Positions 18,064 to 29,122 are shown, counted from the first letter of the stretch. The stretch is DNA of 64,000 nt from an uncultured Christensenella sp. (GCA_964564685.1 CAZMBC010000001.1:227206-291205), one strand, 5' to 3'. Numbers and translations: made by a program. Notes: generated by a model not told the origin, from the letters alone.

Positions 18064-18270
18064 TTTAAAAACCCTCTTTGTGCATTTTAACTTTTATATT
18101 ATATAATACATGCGTATGAATGTCAATAAGAAGCGTCCCTTTTGCTACAAATATTTTATTGTTACACAAGCATATTTATGACTAAATTCGACAAACTTTC
18201 ATATAAACTTATATATCAAAAAAAGCGTGTCAAACATTAGCTTTTTGTCCGCTTTATAGGGAGGTTGTTT

Positions 18271-19107
18271 ATGATAAATAAAGCGGTTATTTTATGTGGT
18301 GGTTTTGCAACGCGTTTTATGCCCGTTTGCAAAGGTGTGCCAAAGGAGCTTTTGCCTCTTTACGACACGCCCATTGTGCAAGTGCTTGTTGATGACCTTA
18401 TGAAAAATGGCGTTAAGGAAATTACTTTTGTAATACGCAAGGGCAAAGAGTGTATTGCGGATTATTTTTCGTTTAGTAAAAAATGGCAAAAGATACTGCA
18501 AAACACTCCGTCCTACACTGTATTTGAAAGAATGCGCAATATAAAAATTAACTTTGTGTATCAAAAGCGCCAACTGGGCACAGGGAACGCGCTGTTGAGT
18601 GCAAAAAAATATTGTAACGAACCCTTTTACTTGCTGAATGGGGACGAAATAATAGAAAACACACCCTCGTTTGTATGCCAACTGCGCCAGGCATACGCCC
18701 AGTCTCACTCACCTATTATGGGCTTGTTTGAGGTGGAACAAAAGGACGCACACAAGTACGGCATGCTAGAATTTGAAAATTCAGAACAACTGCTAAAGTT
18801 AACGCGTGTACATGAAAAGCCTAAAAATTTTGTTGCCAAGCGATATTTATGCAACTTGGGGGGATATGTGCTAACGCCGCAAATTTTTTGCCATATATCC
18901 ACTTCCAAAACACAGCAAGTTCCAATAACTGACGCGCTTAACGAGTATTTTAAGGACCAGGACACTTACGGGATTGTTGTTAAGGGAAAGCGCTACGACA
19001 TGGGAAATCCTATGGGATACGCGCTTGCAAACATTAGCCATCTTTACACCCAACCTGTAACACACAACGCTGTTAAGGAATATTTAACAAAACTTTTACA
19101 AAAATAA
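18271..19107 (+). CDS. galU: UTP--glucose-1-phosphate uridylyltransferase
   Basis: KAVILCGGFATRFMPVCKGVPKELLPL (nucleotidyltransferase G-loop plus PKE(M/L)LP) and VHEKPKNF...GGYVLTP (the VEKP motif). GGGAGG RBS precedes ATG 18271. The track start at 18265 is an upstream TTG. Confidence 0.7.
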   Translation: MINKAVILCGGFATRFMPVCKGVPKELLPLYDTPIVQVLVDDLMKNGVKEITFVIRKGKECIADYFSFSKKWQKILQNTPSYTVFERMRNIKINFVYQKRQLGTGNALLSAKKYCNEPFYLLNGDEIIENTPSFVCQLRQAYAQSHSPIMGLFEVEQKDAHKYGMLEFENSEQLLKLTRVHEKPKNFVAKRYLCNLGGYVLTPQIFCHISTSKTQQVPITDALNEYFKDQDTYGIVVKGKRYDMGNPMGYALANISHLYTQPVTHNAVKEYLTKLLQK

Positions 19108-19155
19108 CCGCTTTAAATATTTCACAATTTGCTAAATATTTAATATAATTAAAAC

Positions 19156-20331
19156 ATGAATACATATGAAGAGAAAAATTGGAAAAAAGAATTGCCGTTT
19201 AATAACGACATTTACAGAAGTGTAAAACACTTTTCGTTTTTGCATGGTTCTGCAGAGCGCAAAATTTTGGACGCGGAAATTGCTTTTTATCGTAAGCATT
19301 ATTCACTAGAACAATTACTAAACGCGTTTAAGTTGTGTAAATCTGCTGATATTGCCCACTTTAAGGAAGTAGTTTCTAAACGCAAATATGATATAATGTA
19401 TTGTCCAAAGTGTTTGCAAGGTCATTATTACAATCGCATAAAAACCGAGTTTTATGAGCACAGCGAATTTTTGCTGGACATGCTTACAGTCGCAACCAAA
19501 CAACCTTGCATAAAAAATCCTTGTATGCCACTTTATAAACTGGTTTTAGGCGGGCTATTTACACCAGTAAAACGCAAAATTATAAAATATTCCAAGCGCA
19601 AAATTGTAGAAACTGCGGATGTTAAAATTCAGCCAACAAAGTATGTAAGTTATGCGCAAGAAATTATTGAAAGCCTTAAAAAGGACTATTTGGCACACGG
19701 AATTTTTGGCGACATGGCTACTCAAGATATTGTTATAAACAAACACTTAGGCCAAGGCCGCGGACACTTGAATAGCATGCATTTTTATGTTGGAAATGCC
19801 GATTTGTACACTATTTCTACCAACGAAAATACGCTTAAGTTAGAGTCTTTGCGACATGATATTTACGCTAATATTTACCCTGGCAGAGCGCATTTATTTA
19901 ACAGCATTTTACCTAAAAGCAACAAAAATTTTGACTGTGGTGCAACCTTCTTTTTAAACGGCTGGGATACTTTTACTGCTTGGCATTACAAACCTAGCGG
20001 CTACACGCGCAATTACAAAACAGTTTATAGCAAAATTTGCAGTTTTTTATTAAAAGGCAATTACAAACATTCTTTAGAAGAGCTAAATCGATATTTACTT
20101 TCAATATTTCCTGCCGACCAGGCACACCAAATACTAATTACAATTACACAATATGCGGGCTTGTTTGAAAGTTATGTTATGGGCGGGCTTGCCACCGAGC
20201 TTTTAATAGAAAAAGGGTTTGCAAGCAGTCCTGTTGACCTTTTAAACAAATATAAAAAAGTAGATTGTGGCGATTTTTTTGGGCTGTATTTACAAAAAGC
20301 CAATAAAAATAAAAAATTATTACAAAGTTAA
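19156..20331 (+). CDS. Hypothetical protein (391 aa), possibly a degenerate DUF885-like fold
   Basis: Clean ORF. The segments NIYPGRAHLF and LNGWDTFTAWH loosely recall the DUF885 blocks HExxPGHH and EGWAxY, but the metal ligands are not conserved. Confidence 0.45.
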   Translation: MNTYEEKNWKKELPFNNDIYRSVKHFSFLHGSAERKILDAEIAFYRKHYSLEQLLNAFKLCKSADIAHFKEVVSKRKYDIMYCPKCLQGHYYNRIKTEFYEHSEFLLDMLTVATKQPCIKNPCMPLYKLVLGGLFTPVKRKIIKYSKRKIVETADVKIQPTKYVSYAQEIIESLKKDYLAHGIFGDMATQDIVINKHLGQGRGHLNSMHFYVGNADLYTISTNENTLKLESLRHDIYANIYPGRAHLFNSILPKSNKNFDCGATFFLNGWDTFTAWHYKPSGYTRNYKTVYSKICSFLLKGNYKHSLEELNRYLLSIFPADQAHQILITITQYAGLFESYVMGGLATELLIEKGFASSPVDLLNKYKKVDCGDFFGLYLQKANKNKKLLQS

Positions 20332-20373
20332 ATAAAAAACTTGTTAACGTAAAATTTTAAAGTATTAAAAACA

Positions 20374-20406
20374 AAAACATTATCTATAAGTAGATAATGT
20401 TTTTTA
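20374..20406 (+). terminator. Rho-independent terminator after ORF 19156-20331
   Basis: AACATTATCTA (20377-20386), loop TAAG, TAGATAATGTT (20391-20401), followed by a T-run. Confidence 0.7.
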
Positions 20407-20485
20407 TTTTTAACTTGAATTGTTAATATTAATTAAGTTTGTTAGTTTGTTCCACATATATCCAAACGACAACAAACACCAAAAG

Positions 20486-20695
20486 TTAATTGCCATCCTT
20501 TTCAATATCTAACAAATAATCTGCAGACACACCAAAAAATACAGATAATTTAGCAACATAACTTGCTTTGGGCTCATTTATATTGTTTTCCCAATAAGAT
20601 ATTGTTCTAACATCCACCTGAATTGCTTCACTTAGTTCTTTGCGCGAAATGCCTGCATTTTCTCTTAAGTACTTAATTGTTGTTCCTATTTTCAT
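20486..20695 (-). CDS. XRE-family helix-turn-helix transcriptional regulator (69 aa)
   Basis: IKYLRENAGISRKELSEAIQVDVRTISYWENNINEP is a classic Cro/C1-type HTH. Confidence 0.8.
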   Translation of the reverse strand: MKIGTTIKYLRENAGISRKELSEAIQVDVRTISYWENNINEPKASYVAKLSVFFGVSADYLLDIEKDGN

Positions 20696-20734
20696 AATTT
20701 TATTATAGGTTAATATGCAAAATTTATTTGACTT

Positions 20735-20750
20735 TGGAAGAATTCTTCCA
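20735..20750. promoter_or_regulatory. 16-bp perfect palindrome TGGAAGAATTCTTCCA, candidate operator inside divergent promoter region
   Basis: Lies between TTGACT (20728-20733) and TATACT (20752-20757) on the plus strand. On the minus strand a TATAAT (rc of 20750-20755) abuts it. It sits in the 66-bp gap between the XRE gene and the divergent small ORF. Confidence 0.5.
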
Positions 20751-20761
20751 TTATACTATAT

Positions 20762-21001
20762 ATGGGTAAACAAATGGAATATGAAATTATAGAGTTAACA
20801 AGAATATTAAACAGATTAATGCCAGACGGTGTAATGCTAGAGGTTACAAAAAAGTGCAGTCATTGTAATCTGCATTTGTGTAATAATGCGGAAGAGGGAT
20901 TAAAACGCTATAACGAAATTGTAAAAACAATAAACAAAGGGTATTACAACACCGAGCAATGCCTAAACGACATTAAGGTTATTATTGATAGTCCTTATTA
21001 G
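20762..21001 (+). CDS. Small hypothetical protein (79 aa; may start at ATG 20774) divergent from the XRE gene
   Basis: ORF with the Cys cluster CSHCNLHLCNN. No obvious SD, so the transcript would be nearly leaderless if the promoter call is right. Confidence 0.4.
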   Translation: MGKQMEYEIIELTRILNRLMPDGVMLEVTKKCSHCNLHLCNNAEEGLKRYNEIVKTINKGYYNTEQCLNDIKVIIDSPY

Positions 21002-21116
21002 TTGTATTTGTTGTAAATCACAAATATTGGCTACGCTTTATTTATTTAGGGTTATACAAGCAATTTCGTTTTTAAACTCTAAATAAATAAGGTTTTTTAT
21101 AAAAAAAATTTTAAAA

Positions 21117-21147
21117 TAAAAACAACACAGGTCCGTGTTGTTTTTTG
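21117..21147. terminator. Bidirectional rho-independent terminator
   Basis: AACAACAC (21121-21128) pairs with GTGTTGTT (21135-21142), with an A-run before and a T-run after. It lies between convergent genes. Confidence 0.7.
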
Positions 21148-21197
21148 CTTTAGATTATATTCGTAATAAACTTTTTTATAATAGTTTGCTTATGTTT

Positions 21198-21791
21198 TTA
21201 GTTTGCTGATTCACTTGGAAATGAAATTTGGGAAATATAATCAAATAATTCATTTTGATGTGCATGAGTAGTAATTTTAAACATATATTTGCCTTCATTT
21301 ACAACATAAACAGTAATTTTTGCAAAACTAGAAGTGTCGTTTATAGCAACAACAAGTTTGTCGTACATGGCAAGTTTATCGGCTGTGCCATCTTTATAAA
21401 CATAGTCTTTTCCTTCCCACTGAAGTGTTCTTTCGGCATTGTCGTAGTTAAATTCTACAAAATAGCCCGCATTACTTGAATTCAAAACAGAAGAAATGTT
21501 TGCCTGATTAACCTTTTCCAACTGCGCTTTGTTTCCAAGTGCACCTTGGAACATGGTTGAAAGAATGTTTTGCTTGTGGCTTTTTTCATTAAGCTCCACA
21601 AGTTTTTTTGCCTGTTCCGAGTCCTTTAAATACATGTTATAGTTTGTTGCAGAATTTTTGTAAACCACAACATAGTTAACATCGCTTGACACCGGGTTAT
21701 ACGTTGTAATTGGAACAATTGCCAACACAACGGTGGCTGTTATTAACAAGCCCACAAGCGATAAAATAATTATAGATATTACTTTTTTCAT
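21198..21791 (-). CDS. Membrane-anchored/secreted hypothetical protein (197 aa)
   Basis: N-terminus MKKVISIIILSLVGLLITATVVLAIV is a signal anchor. No motif recognised. Confidence 0.5.
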   Translation of the reverse strand: MKKVISIIILSLVGLLITATVVLAIVPITTYNPVSSDVNYVVVYKNSATNYNMYLKDSEQAKKLVELNEKSHKQNILSTMFQGALGNKAQLEKVNQANISSVLNSSNAGYFVEFNYDNAERTLQWEGKDYVYKDGTADKLAMYDKLVVAINDTSSFAKITVYVVNEGKYMFKITTHAHQNELFDYISQISFPSESAN

Positions 21792-21864
21792 ATTGTCCTC
21801 TTTTAAGTATTGTTATTTATGATACAAAATTTTGGCTTACATTGTCAAATATAAATTAGTTATG

Positions 21865-24171
21865 TTATTCTTTTTCTTGCTTATCATCTTTTTTAGGTTC
21901 ATCTGTGTTGCTTTCTAAAGAATTTTCCACCTTTGTTTCGTTGTTTTCTTCAGGCTTTGTTACTTCCAAGTTTGTTTTTGCCGAACGCTTTTTAGGTGCA
22001 GATGCTGCAAGTTGCGCTTTTAATTGCTTGCTTTGCTCCTTAATTTTTTCTAGTTCATCCTTGGAAATTACGCCCGCATTATTAAGCGCCTCGGCTGCTT
22101 GCTCTTTTAGTAGTTGCATTTTTAAGGTATGTTCGCGCTCTTGTTCCTTGCGTGCGCTTTCGTTCTTTCTTTTGCGTGCGCGTTCTTCTTTGTCTATGCG
22201 CTTAATAATTTCCTTATAATCCTTGCCTTGCATAATTTCTTCCACTTCTTTTTGATAAATGGTTTCCTTTTCCAAAAGCAAGTTTGCCATGTTTTCCATA
22301 AGGTCCATATTTTCTTTTAAAATTTCAGTGGCTTTTTTATAGTTCTCGTCTATAATGCGTTTTATTTCGCTATCAATAATACCTGCGGTGTTTTCGCTGT
22401 AGTTAACTTGAGTTTGATAATCTCTGCCAATAAACACCTCGTTTTGTTTGCCAAAGCTTAAAAATCCCAACTTCTCACTCATGCCCCAATCAACAACCAT
22501 TTTTCTGGCAATTTCAGTGGCTTTACTAATATCCGAACTTGCACCCGCGGTTATGTCACCAAACTTAAGTTCTTCAGCAATTCTTCCGCCCATAAGCATG
22601 CAAATGCGGTTGTTTAAGCGGCTTAAGGTATAGTGCTCGTTATCATCCGCTGGGCGAGTAGATGTGTAGCCACCTGCCATTCCACGCGGAATAATCGAAA
22701 CTTCATGAACGTCTTCTCCACTATCAAGTTTTTTAGCCAAAATAGCGTGGCCACTTTCATGATAAGCGGTTAGTAGTTTATCTTTAGGGGTAATAAGCCT
22801 ACTTTTCTTTTGAGGTCCCATTAACACCTTGTTAATACCCTCGGTTATGTCTTCCATGTTAATTGTGTATCTGTTTGCACGTGCTGCCAAAATGGCTGCT
22901 TCGTTAAGCACATTTTCTAGGTCAGCGCCCGTAAATCCGCTTGTAAGGCGGGCGATATCTTGAAAACTAATGCTTTCGTCAATAGGTTTGTTTTTAGCAT
23001 GTATTTTAAGAATGCCCTCTCTGCCACGCACATCTGGAACATTTACATAAATTTGACGATCAAATCTACCCGGACGCAATAGCGCTGGATCCAAAACATC
23101 CGCGCGGTTTGTTGCTGCCAGCACAATAACGCCATCGTTACTTTCAAAACCATCCATTTCTACTAAAAGTTGGTTTAGTGTTTGTTCTTTTTCATCATTT
23201 CCGCCACCTAGGCCTGCGCCTCTTTGACGGCCAACTGCGTCAATTTCGTCAATAAATACAATACAAGGAGCGCACTTTTTTGCTGTTGCAAATAGGTCAC
23301 GCACACGGCCCGCGCCCACACCCACATATAGCTCTACAAAGTCGCTACCTGTAGTGGATAGGAAAGGCACATTGCTTTCTCCTGCAACCGCCTTTGCAAG
23401 AAGTGTTTTACCTGTTCCTGGTGGCCCAACTAATAGCACACCCTTTGGAATACGCGCACCCAACGCCTTAAATTTTGCAGGATTCTTTAAAAACTCAACA
23501 ATCTCTTGCACTTCTTCCTTTTCTTCATCCGCGCCTGCCACTTGGTTAAAGCGAATATCGCTTTTTTCTACCAACTTTGCACGGCTTTTGTTAAACGCGC
23601 CCACTGAGTTTCCTTTTCCGCTGAACATTTTAAACAGTAGCACGCCAATAACCACCATTATAACAACTGAAATATATGGCGCTATTGTGGATATAAAGGA
23701 TTGTGTAGGATTTGCTTTAACATAGTTAATTTGAGCAAAATCTCCATATTGGTTAATTACATTTGGGTCTGTTTCTTGCCCTGCTTTAACACGAAACACA
23801 ATCTCGTTAAACTCGTCTATAAATTTTAAGTCATCATTCGAGGTATACTCAAAATAGTATTCCGCTTTATCGGGGAATTCGCTTGCTTTAATGTCGGAGG
23901 ATTTAGAAAGCATTTTTGCTATTCCACCCTTCGCATAAATGTGGGTTATTTCACCACTTCTAATGTAGTTTTGTGCCTCGTTTAGGGAAAGTTGTCTTCC
24001 GCTAACATCTCCACCCGCTATCCAAAACACTAATATAAACGCAAATAAAATTACAAATAGTGTAATCCAGCCTTGCATTGATTTCTTTTTAGGTTTGTTA
24101 TTCAAGTTAAAATCTCCTTTTGCATACATTTTTGTACGATAAGTGTAGCATAAATAATTTTTTTTGTACAC
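21865..24171 (-). CDS. ftsH: ATP-dependent zinc metalloprotease FtsH with long Lys/Glu-rich C-terminal tail
   Basis: Walker [18 protein letters not shown], Walker [13 protein letters not shown] region and zinc motif HESGHAI. Start codon uncertain (Met at 24171, 24129 or 24078). About 130 aa of charged C-terminal extension. Confidence 0.9.
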   Translation of the reverse strand: MYKKNYLCYTYRTKMYAKGDFNLNNKPKKKSMQGWITLFVILFAFILVFWIAGGDVSGRQLSLNEAQNYIRSGEITHIYAKGGIAKMLSKSSDIKASEFPDKAEYYFEYTSNDDLKFIDEFNEIVFRVKAGQETDPNVINQYGDFAQINYVKANPTQSFISTIAPYISVVIMVVIGVLLFKMFSGKGNSVGAFNKSRAKLVEKSDIRFNQVAGADEEKEEVQEIVEFLKNPAKFKALGARIPKGVLLVGPPGTGKTLLAKAVAGESNVPFLSTTGSDFVELYVGVGAGRVRDLFATAKKCAPCIVFIDEIDAVGRQRGAGLGGGNDEKEQTLNQLLVEMDGFESNDGVIVLAATNRADVLDPALLRPGRFDRQIYVNVPDVRGREGILKIHAKNKPIDESISFQDIARLTSGFTGADLENVLNEAAILAARANRYTINMEDITEGINKVLMGPQKKSRLITPKDKLLTAYHESGHAILAKKLDSGEDVHEVSIIPRGMAGGYTSTRPADDNEHYTLSRLNNRICMLMGGRIAEELKFGDITAGASSDISKATEIARKMVVDWGMSEKLGFLSFGKQNEVFIGRDYQTQVNYSENTAGIIDSEIKRIIDENYKKATEILKENMDLMENMANLLLEKETIYQKEVEEIMQGKDYKEIIKRIDKEERARKRKNESARKEQEREHTLKMQLLKEQAAEALNNAGVISKDELEKIKEQSKQLKAQLAASAPKKRSAKTNLEVTKPEENNETKVENSLESNTDEPKKDDKQEKE

Positions 24172-24295
24172 TTATTTTTAATTTTCTTGTAATTATTATA
24201 CAATTTTAAATTGTAATATAGTCATTTCTTTGTTTTTTTTCAAATTTTTCAAAAGGGATTCTATAAAATTTGATGCTTTTAGGAGGTTTTTTATT

Positions 24296-24820
24296 TTATA
24301 CAATGCAATATTTGTATGCTAAATTTATGCTGTTATAAATAAAATTTGCCATGCAAACAACGTTTTTTAATCGCACACTTTTTAAAAATGTTAGGCTGTT
24401 TATTCCGCGCGCATTAACAACACCCAAAAGATGATAGTCTCCCGCATACACTCCACTGTGATACTCACCACCTATTAATACGCCGTTTTTTTCTAATTTT
24501 ACACAACCCACCTCGTCAGCCTCGCCCAACACGCTATCCACAATTATTAACTTGCTATAGGGGTGCGCTTTCTTAATTTCATTTAAATTATCACGCAAAT
24601 TGGCGTATGTTATTGGTTTATCCAAATCACCATAAAATATGGCATTTTTTAAATTTAACGCCTTTACTTTTTGGCTTATTATTGGCGACAAACAATCCCC
24701 AACAACCCTATCTGTACCCACACACACAAACACCAGTTTTTCGCGCTCTTTCAATATAATGTTACAAAGTTCAATTGCAAGGCGCCTTTCGTTTTCTTTT
24801 ATCTCCGTATTAAAAATCAT
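24296..24820 (-). CDS. yyaC: YyaC-like putative sporulation protease (DUF1256)
   Basis: LVFVCVGTDRVVGDCLSPII matches the YyaC signature (CIGTDRxxGDxLGP). Its position near parB is as in Bacillus subtilis. Confidence 0.7.
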   Translation of the reverse strand: MIFNTEIKENERRLAIELCNIILKEREKLVFVCVGTDRVVGDCLSPIISQKVKALNLKNAIFYGDLDKPITYANLRDNLNEIKKAHPYSKLIIVDSVLGEADEVGCVKLEKNGVLIGGEYHSGVYAGDYHLLGVVNARGINSLTFLKSVRLKNVVCMANFIYNSINLAYKYCIV

Positions 24821-25082
24821 ACTTCCCTCTCCAATTACAATTTACAAAATTGTTTACAGTTTGCACGTTTTTAAACGGCACGCATTAAACATATTTGGTG
24901 GGTGCGTGGTATAAATGGGAACAAAACTGCTTGCGTTTTAGTATTTTTTTTTATAATTACATCCGCTATTTCCGTGACAAAATTTATCCTTTGTGTTATG
25001 ATAAACTTAACATTAAATGTGCTGTATAAGTGGTTTTAAGCTTATACACGCACACAATTTTTAATGATTTTAGGAGTATATT

Positions 25083-25799
25083 ATGTGGGTTGATATTGTT
25101 TTTTGGGTTTTAATTGCGCTTTTTGCTATTATTGGTTTGTGGAAAGGCTTTTTTGATTCATTGCTTTCTTTGCTAGGAAGCGCTGTTTCCGTAGGAGTTT
25201 CCATTTGGCTTGCAAAGCCTGCCGCTGCGTTTATTAACAAAATTGTAAATATTCCAAATTTGTTTTTAAAACTGCTTGATAAGGTTTTTCAAAACGACCA
25301 AATAATTAGCGTCTGGGGCAACAGTTTTACTAAACAGGATTTATCTGCTTTCCTTTCACTAGTTTTTGCGGGCTTAGTTGTGTTTATCTTAATCAAACTA
25401 TCCATTTGGCTAATTGCAAAATTGTTTGATAACGTTACTAAAAAAAGTACAATTGCTTCAGGCTTAAACAAACTTTTCGGTTTATTGTTTGGTCTAGTTA
25501 AAGGCGGATTTATTGTTTGCGTGGCTTTGGCGCTATGTTCTATACTTGCAAACACACAGGTTTTTGGAAATGCTATCGACAACGCTATTAACAAATCTAC
25601 CACAACAAAATGGGCCTATAAATATGTTGACGAATTTACTGAAAAACAGCTTTCCAAAATTGATATGCAAGAGTTTTTAAAGGACCTTATTTCAAAAAAT
25701 TCAGAATCTTCTTCCGAGTCCGAAAATGTATCCGCCGATAAGCAAGTTACAATAACGATTACAGATATAAACAATTCACACATTTTCGAAACAAACTAA
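25083..25799 (+). CDS. CvpA-family membrane protein
   Basis: MWVDIVFWVLIALFAIIGLWKGFFDSLLSLLG is a typical CvpA N-terminus. Four hydrophobic helices and an acidic/Ser-rich tail. Confidence 0.6.
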   Translation: MWVDIVFWVLIALFAIIGLWKGFFDSLLSLLGSAVSVGVSIWLAKPAAAFINKIVNIPNLFLKLLDKVFQNDQIISVWGNSFTKQDLSAFLSLVFAGLVVFILIKLSIWLIAKLFDNVTKKSTIASGLNKLFGLLFGLVKGGFIVCVALALCSILANTQVFGNAIDNAINKSTTTKWAYKYVDEFTEKQLSKIDMQEFLKDLISKNSESSSESENVSADKQVTITITDINNSHIFETN

Positions 25800-25889
25800 A
25801 TTTCAAAGGCAAATTTAAATGCTAAAATCACAATAATTTTACTGATTTAATTAAGTGAATTAATTTCCTAATTTAATATATTTTACAAC

Positions 25890-25920
25890 AAAAAAGAGCG
25901 ATACTTTCGCTCTTTTTTGT
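25890..25920 (+). terminator. Rho-independent terminator after cvpA-like gene
   Basis: AAGAGCGA (25894-25901) pairs with TCGCTCTT (25907-25914), followed by a T-run. Confidence 0.7.
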
Positions 25921-26144
25921 TTTTTATAATTTCCAATATATCCAACTTTTTATCGCATTAGTACTTGTATTATAAACATAAAATTGTGTTTTGTAATTAT
26001 TTAAATCAGTGCATATTTTTTATTCATATTTATAGTTTATCACGCTTGCTTTGTATTAATAAAACTTATTTCGTTTTGTTATGTTGTATTTCAGCTTTGT
26101 TTCTATTACAACTTAATAGTATAGTGCGCATCAAATTAATTGGC

Positions 26145-27029
26145 TTACAATCGGTTAATAAGTTCGTAAATACGGTCCAAATCGTCAGCATTGTAGTAGT
26201 CAATATAAATTCTACCCTTCTTTTCGTTGCCCATAATGCCAACTTTAGTTGCAAATTTCTTTTGCATAGTGTTTACAAATTCGTTTAGCTCCATACTTAA
26301 CGTTTGCTTTGGTTTTTTTGTTGGAGATTGCAGTTCCTTAACTGCTTTTTCCATATCTCTAACAGTTATCTTTTTTGTAACCGCCTGTTTTGCTAATCTT
26401 AACTGAACCTCGGGATCTTCCACAACAACCAAACTACGCGCATGTCCTGCACTTAATTTTCCGCTTTCAATTAACTCTATAACAGCAGGGCATAAATTTA
26501 ATAGCCTTAAGTAGTTTGCAACAACAGGTCTGCTTTTGCCCAACTTGTCGGCCAAATATTCTTGCGTCCAACCATAATTGGTTAACAGCTCTTTCATTCC
26601 TTTTGCAGTTTCTATAGGGTTTAAATCTTCCCTTTGTATATTTTCAAGTAGTGCAATCTCTTGAACTTCTTGATTTGTATAATCCCTAATAATTGCAGGA
26701 ATTTCTTTCAAACCAGCAAACTTGCTTGCTCTAAAACGTCTTTCACCAGCAACAATTATGTATCTATCCCCATTTGGTTTTAGTATTATTGGCTGAATAA
26801 CACCATATTCTTTAATACTTTGTGCAAGTTCTTTAATAGCGTTTGAATCAAAATTTTTACGCGGTTGATTAGGGTTGTTGTCAATAAGTGACATATTTAT
26901 AACATTTACATCCGCATTTTTGTCAGAAACCGCCTTTTCTTTAATTTCTTGAATGTCTACTTTTTCTTCTTCGTTTTCAAATATTCCAAGCAAAGAACCT
27001 AAACCTCTGCCTAAACCTCTTTCCTTCAT
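26145..27029 (-). CDS. parB: Chromosome partitioning protein ParB/Spo0J
   Basis: ParB box IIVAGERRFRASKFAGL, HTH region WTQEYLADKLGKSRPVVANYLRLL, 294 aa. Confidence 0.9.
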   Translation of the reverse strand: MKERGLGRGLGSLLGIFENEEEKVDIQEIKEKAVSDKNADVNVINMSLIDNNPNQPRKNFDSNAIKELAQSIKEYGVIQPIILKPNGDRYIIVAGERRFRASKFAGLKEIPAIIRDYTNQEVQEIALLENIQREDLNPIETAKGMKELLTNYGWTQEYLADKLGKSRPVVANYLRLLNLCPAVIELIESGKLSAGHARSLVVVEDPEVQLRLAKQAVTKKITVRDMEKAVKELQSPTKKPKQTLSMELNEFVNTMQKKFATKVGIMGNEKKGRIYIDYYNADDLDRIYELINRL

Positions 27030-27042
27030 GTTTCACCTACTT

Positions 27043-27810
27043 TTATTTGTTTTTTTCTAAAAATTCTTCCGTTAATTGCTTGTATGCAATTGCCCCTGTG
27101 CTTTTGGGGTCATACATATTAATTGGTTCGCCATAACTTGGGGCTTCCGCTAGTCTGATATTCCTTGGAATAATTGTTTTGTATACTTTTTCCTTAAAAT
27201 ATTTGCCTATATCGTTAGCAACCAAATGACCTAAATTACTTCGACCATCTTTCATCGTTAACACCACACCCTCTACGTCCAAATCAGGATTTAGCTCATG
27301 CTTTTTGATAAGTTTAATTGTATACATTAATACGCTAATTCCCTCTAATGCAAAATATTCACATTGAATTGGAATTATTACACTATTGCTAGCCGTTAAT
27401 GCATTCACTGAAATTAAACCCAATGATGGTGGGCAGTCGATACAAATAAAGTCGTATTTATCCTTAATTTTTGTTAATGCTTTTTTTAGCACCTTTTCAC
27501 GATTGTTAACTTCAACCAATTCTATTTCCGCACCTGATAAATCTATATTTGCAGGAATTACAGATAAATTTTGAACTTTGGTTGGCAATATAATGCTCTC
27601 AATTGGCTCTTCATTAATCAAAACATCATAAATGGTTTTAAATTTATCTTCCTTATTAATTCCCACACTACTACTTGCATTACCTTGCGGGTCAACATCA
27701 ATTAGTAAAACTTTTTTACCCATTTCAGCCAAATATGCAGACATGTTAACACACGTAGTAGTTTTACCTACTCCGCCCTTTTGATTAATAAATGAAATTA
27801 CTTTACCCAT
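27043..27810 (-). CDS. parA: Chromosome partitioning ATPase ParA/Soj
   Basis: Deviant Walker A NQKGGVGKTTT, DCPPSLG, 255 aa. Confidence 0.9.
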   Translation of the reverse strand: MGKVISFINQKGGVGKTTTCVNMSAYLAEMGKKVLLIDVDPQGNASSSVGINKEDKFKTIYDVLINEEPIESIILPTKVQNLSVIPANIDLSGAEIELVEVNNREKVLKKALTKIKDKYDFICIDCPPSLGLISVNALTASNSVIIPIQCEYFALEGISVLMYTIKLIKKHELNPDLDVEGVVLTMKDGRSNLGHLVANDIGKYFKEKVYKTIIPRNIRLAEAPSYGEPINMYDPKSTGAIAYKQLTEEFLEKNK

Positions 27811-27918
27811 CTTCCCTCCTTATATTTATTTCAGTTATCGTATTATATCAAACTATTTTGTTATTTCAAAATTATAAAAAGTATTTTCTTATACATTTTA
27901 AACAAATTTAAGTATTAT

Positions 27919-28641
27919 TTATCCCAAAGGTCGCAAACGCACCTTGTTTTGCAAGCGCGGATATTTTTTAGGTGTTGCTTCAGTTTTACTAAACACCATT
28001 ATATTTCTTTCAATGTTTTCGTCATCGTTTTTTAAAGTAAAACTTAAATTTTCTTTTAGTTTAAGATGCAGTATATTTAGCGTATTTTTGCTTTCTTCCA
28101 ATTCTGCCTTATATCTTTTACCCTTATAAGCAAGTATTTCGCCATTTATTTTTACAAAAGCAACACAATATTCCAGCAAACTACTTAAGTTTGCAACCCC
28201 TCTTGCTACACAATATTCAAATTTTTCTCTATATTCAATTTTTTGAGCAACATCCTCACATCTAGTATGGATAATTTCGCAACTATTCAAGTTAAGCTCT
28301 CTTGCTACCATTTTAATAAATTCCACTTTTTTATTAACGCTATCAATAATTAAGAACTTTAAGTCATTTCTTACAATCATTAATGGAATGCTAGGAAAAC
28401 CAGCTCCTGCACCAATATCAACCACACTCGCATTTGCTTTAAAGTATTTATAAGGCAAAACACTATCAATCATATGTTTTATAATCATTTCATCAATATC
28501 TGTTATAGAAGTAAGGTTGTATTTAGCGTTTTCACTTAAAATTAAGTCAATATATTTTTCAAATTGCTCACACTGTCTATCATTTAAAAGCACATCATGC
28601 TTTGCGAATATTCTTTTTATTTTAAACTGCAAATCAATCAT
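27919..28641 (-). CDS. rsmG: 16S rRNA (guanine527-N7)-methyltransferase RsmG (GidB)
   Basis: SAM-binding VVDIGAGAGFPSIPL. Conserved context between mnmG and parA. Confidence 0.85.
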   Translation of the reverse strand: MIDLQFKIKRIFAKHDVLLNDRQCEQFEKYIDLILSENAKYNLTSITDIDEMIIKHMIDSVLPYKYFKANASVVDIGAGAGFPSIPLMIVRNDLKFLIIDSVNKKVEFIKMVARELNLNSCEIIHTRCEDVAQKIEYREKFEYCVARGVANLSSLLEYCVAFVKINGEILAYKGKRYKAELEESKNTLNILHLKLKENLSFTLKNDDENIERNIMVFSKTEATPKKYPRLQNKVRLRPLG

Positions 28642-28677
28642 ATTAAATCCTTTTTTTTGTTTAACAGTTTTTAAAAA

Positions 28678-28693
28678 TGTTTCACGTGAAACA
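28678..28693. other. parS centromere-like site TGTTTCACGTGAAACA (core of 22-bp palindrome 28675-28696)
   Basis: Perfect 16-bp palindrome matching the Firmicutes parS consensus tGTTnCACGTGAAACa. It lies 37 nt upstream of the rsmG start. Confidence 0.8.
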
Positions 28694-29122
28694 TTTGTGG
28701 ATTATGTTAGTTTTGATTTTTTCAACAAAACAAATCTATTCATCTAGTTTTTTTCAATCAATAATACTATTCATAACGCTAGATAAATTATGTAAATTAG
28801 CATAGTTTTAATTTATTTAAATACAAACAATTATAAATTCACCAATATGTTTATTTGTAGCATCAATTAATTAAAAGTTATGCATAGTATTATCTTATTT
28901 ATAATTAAACACAGCGTATTAGTGTCGATTTAAAATTGTTTATGTTTTAGTATAACATGAAACTATTTTCATATCAATCAAATCAACCAATTTAATGTTA
29001 AACTGTATTACTTGATATGTTATTTTGTATTTATTTTTTAATATAAACTTTAATTATAAAAATCACAATAAAGGACACATCTTTAATTTAATTAGTCTAT
29101 GTTTTATCCAATAACAAAAAAA

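Noticed and set aside
25965-26288. 107-aa plus-strand ORF and 62-aa minus ORF near the parB 3' end
   Set aside because: They overlap the well-supported parB coding region and AT-rich intergenic DNA. There is no RBS, and the Phe/Leu/Ile-rich translation is typical of AT-rich noise.
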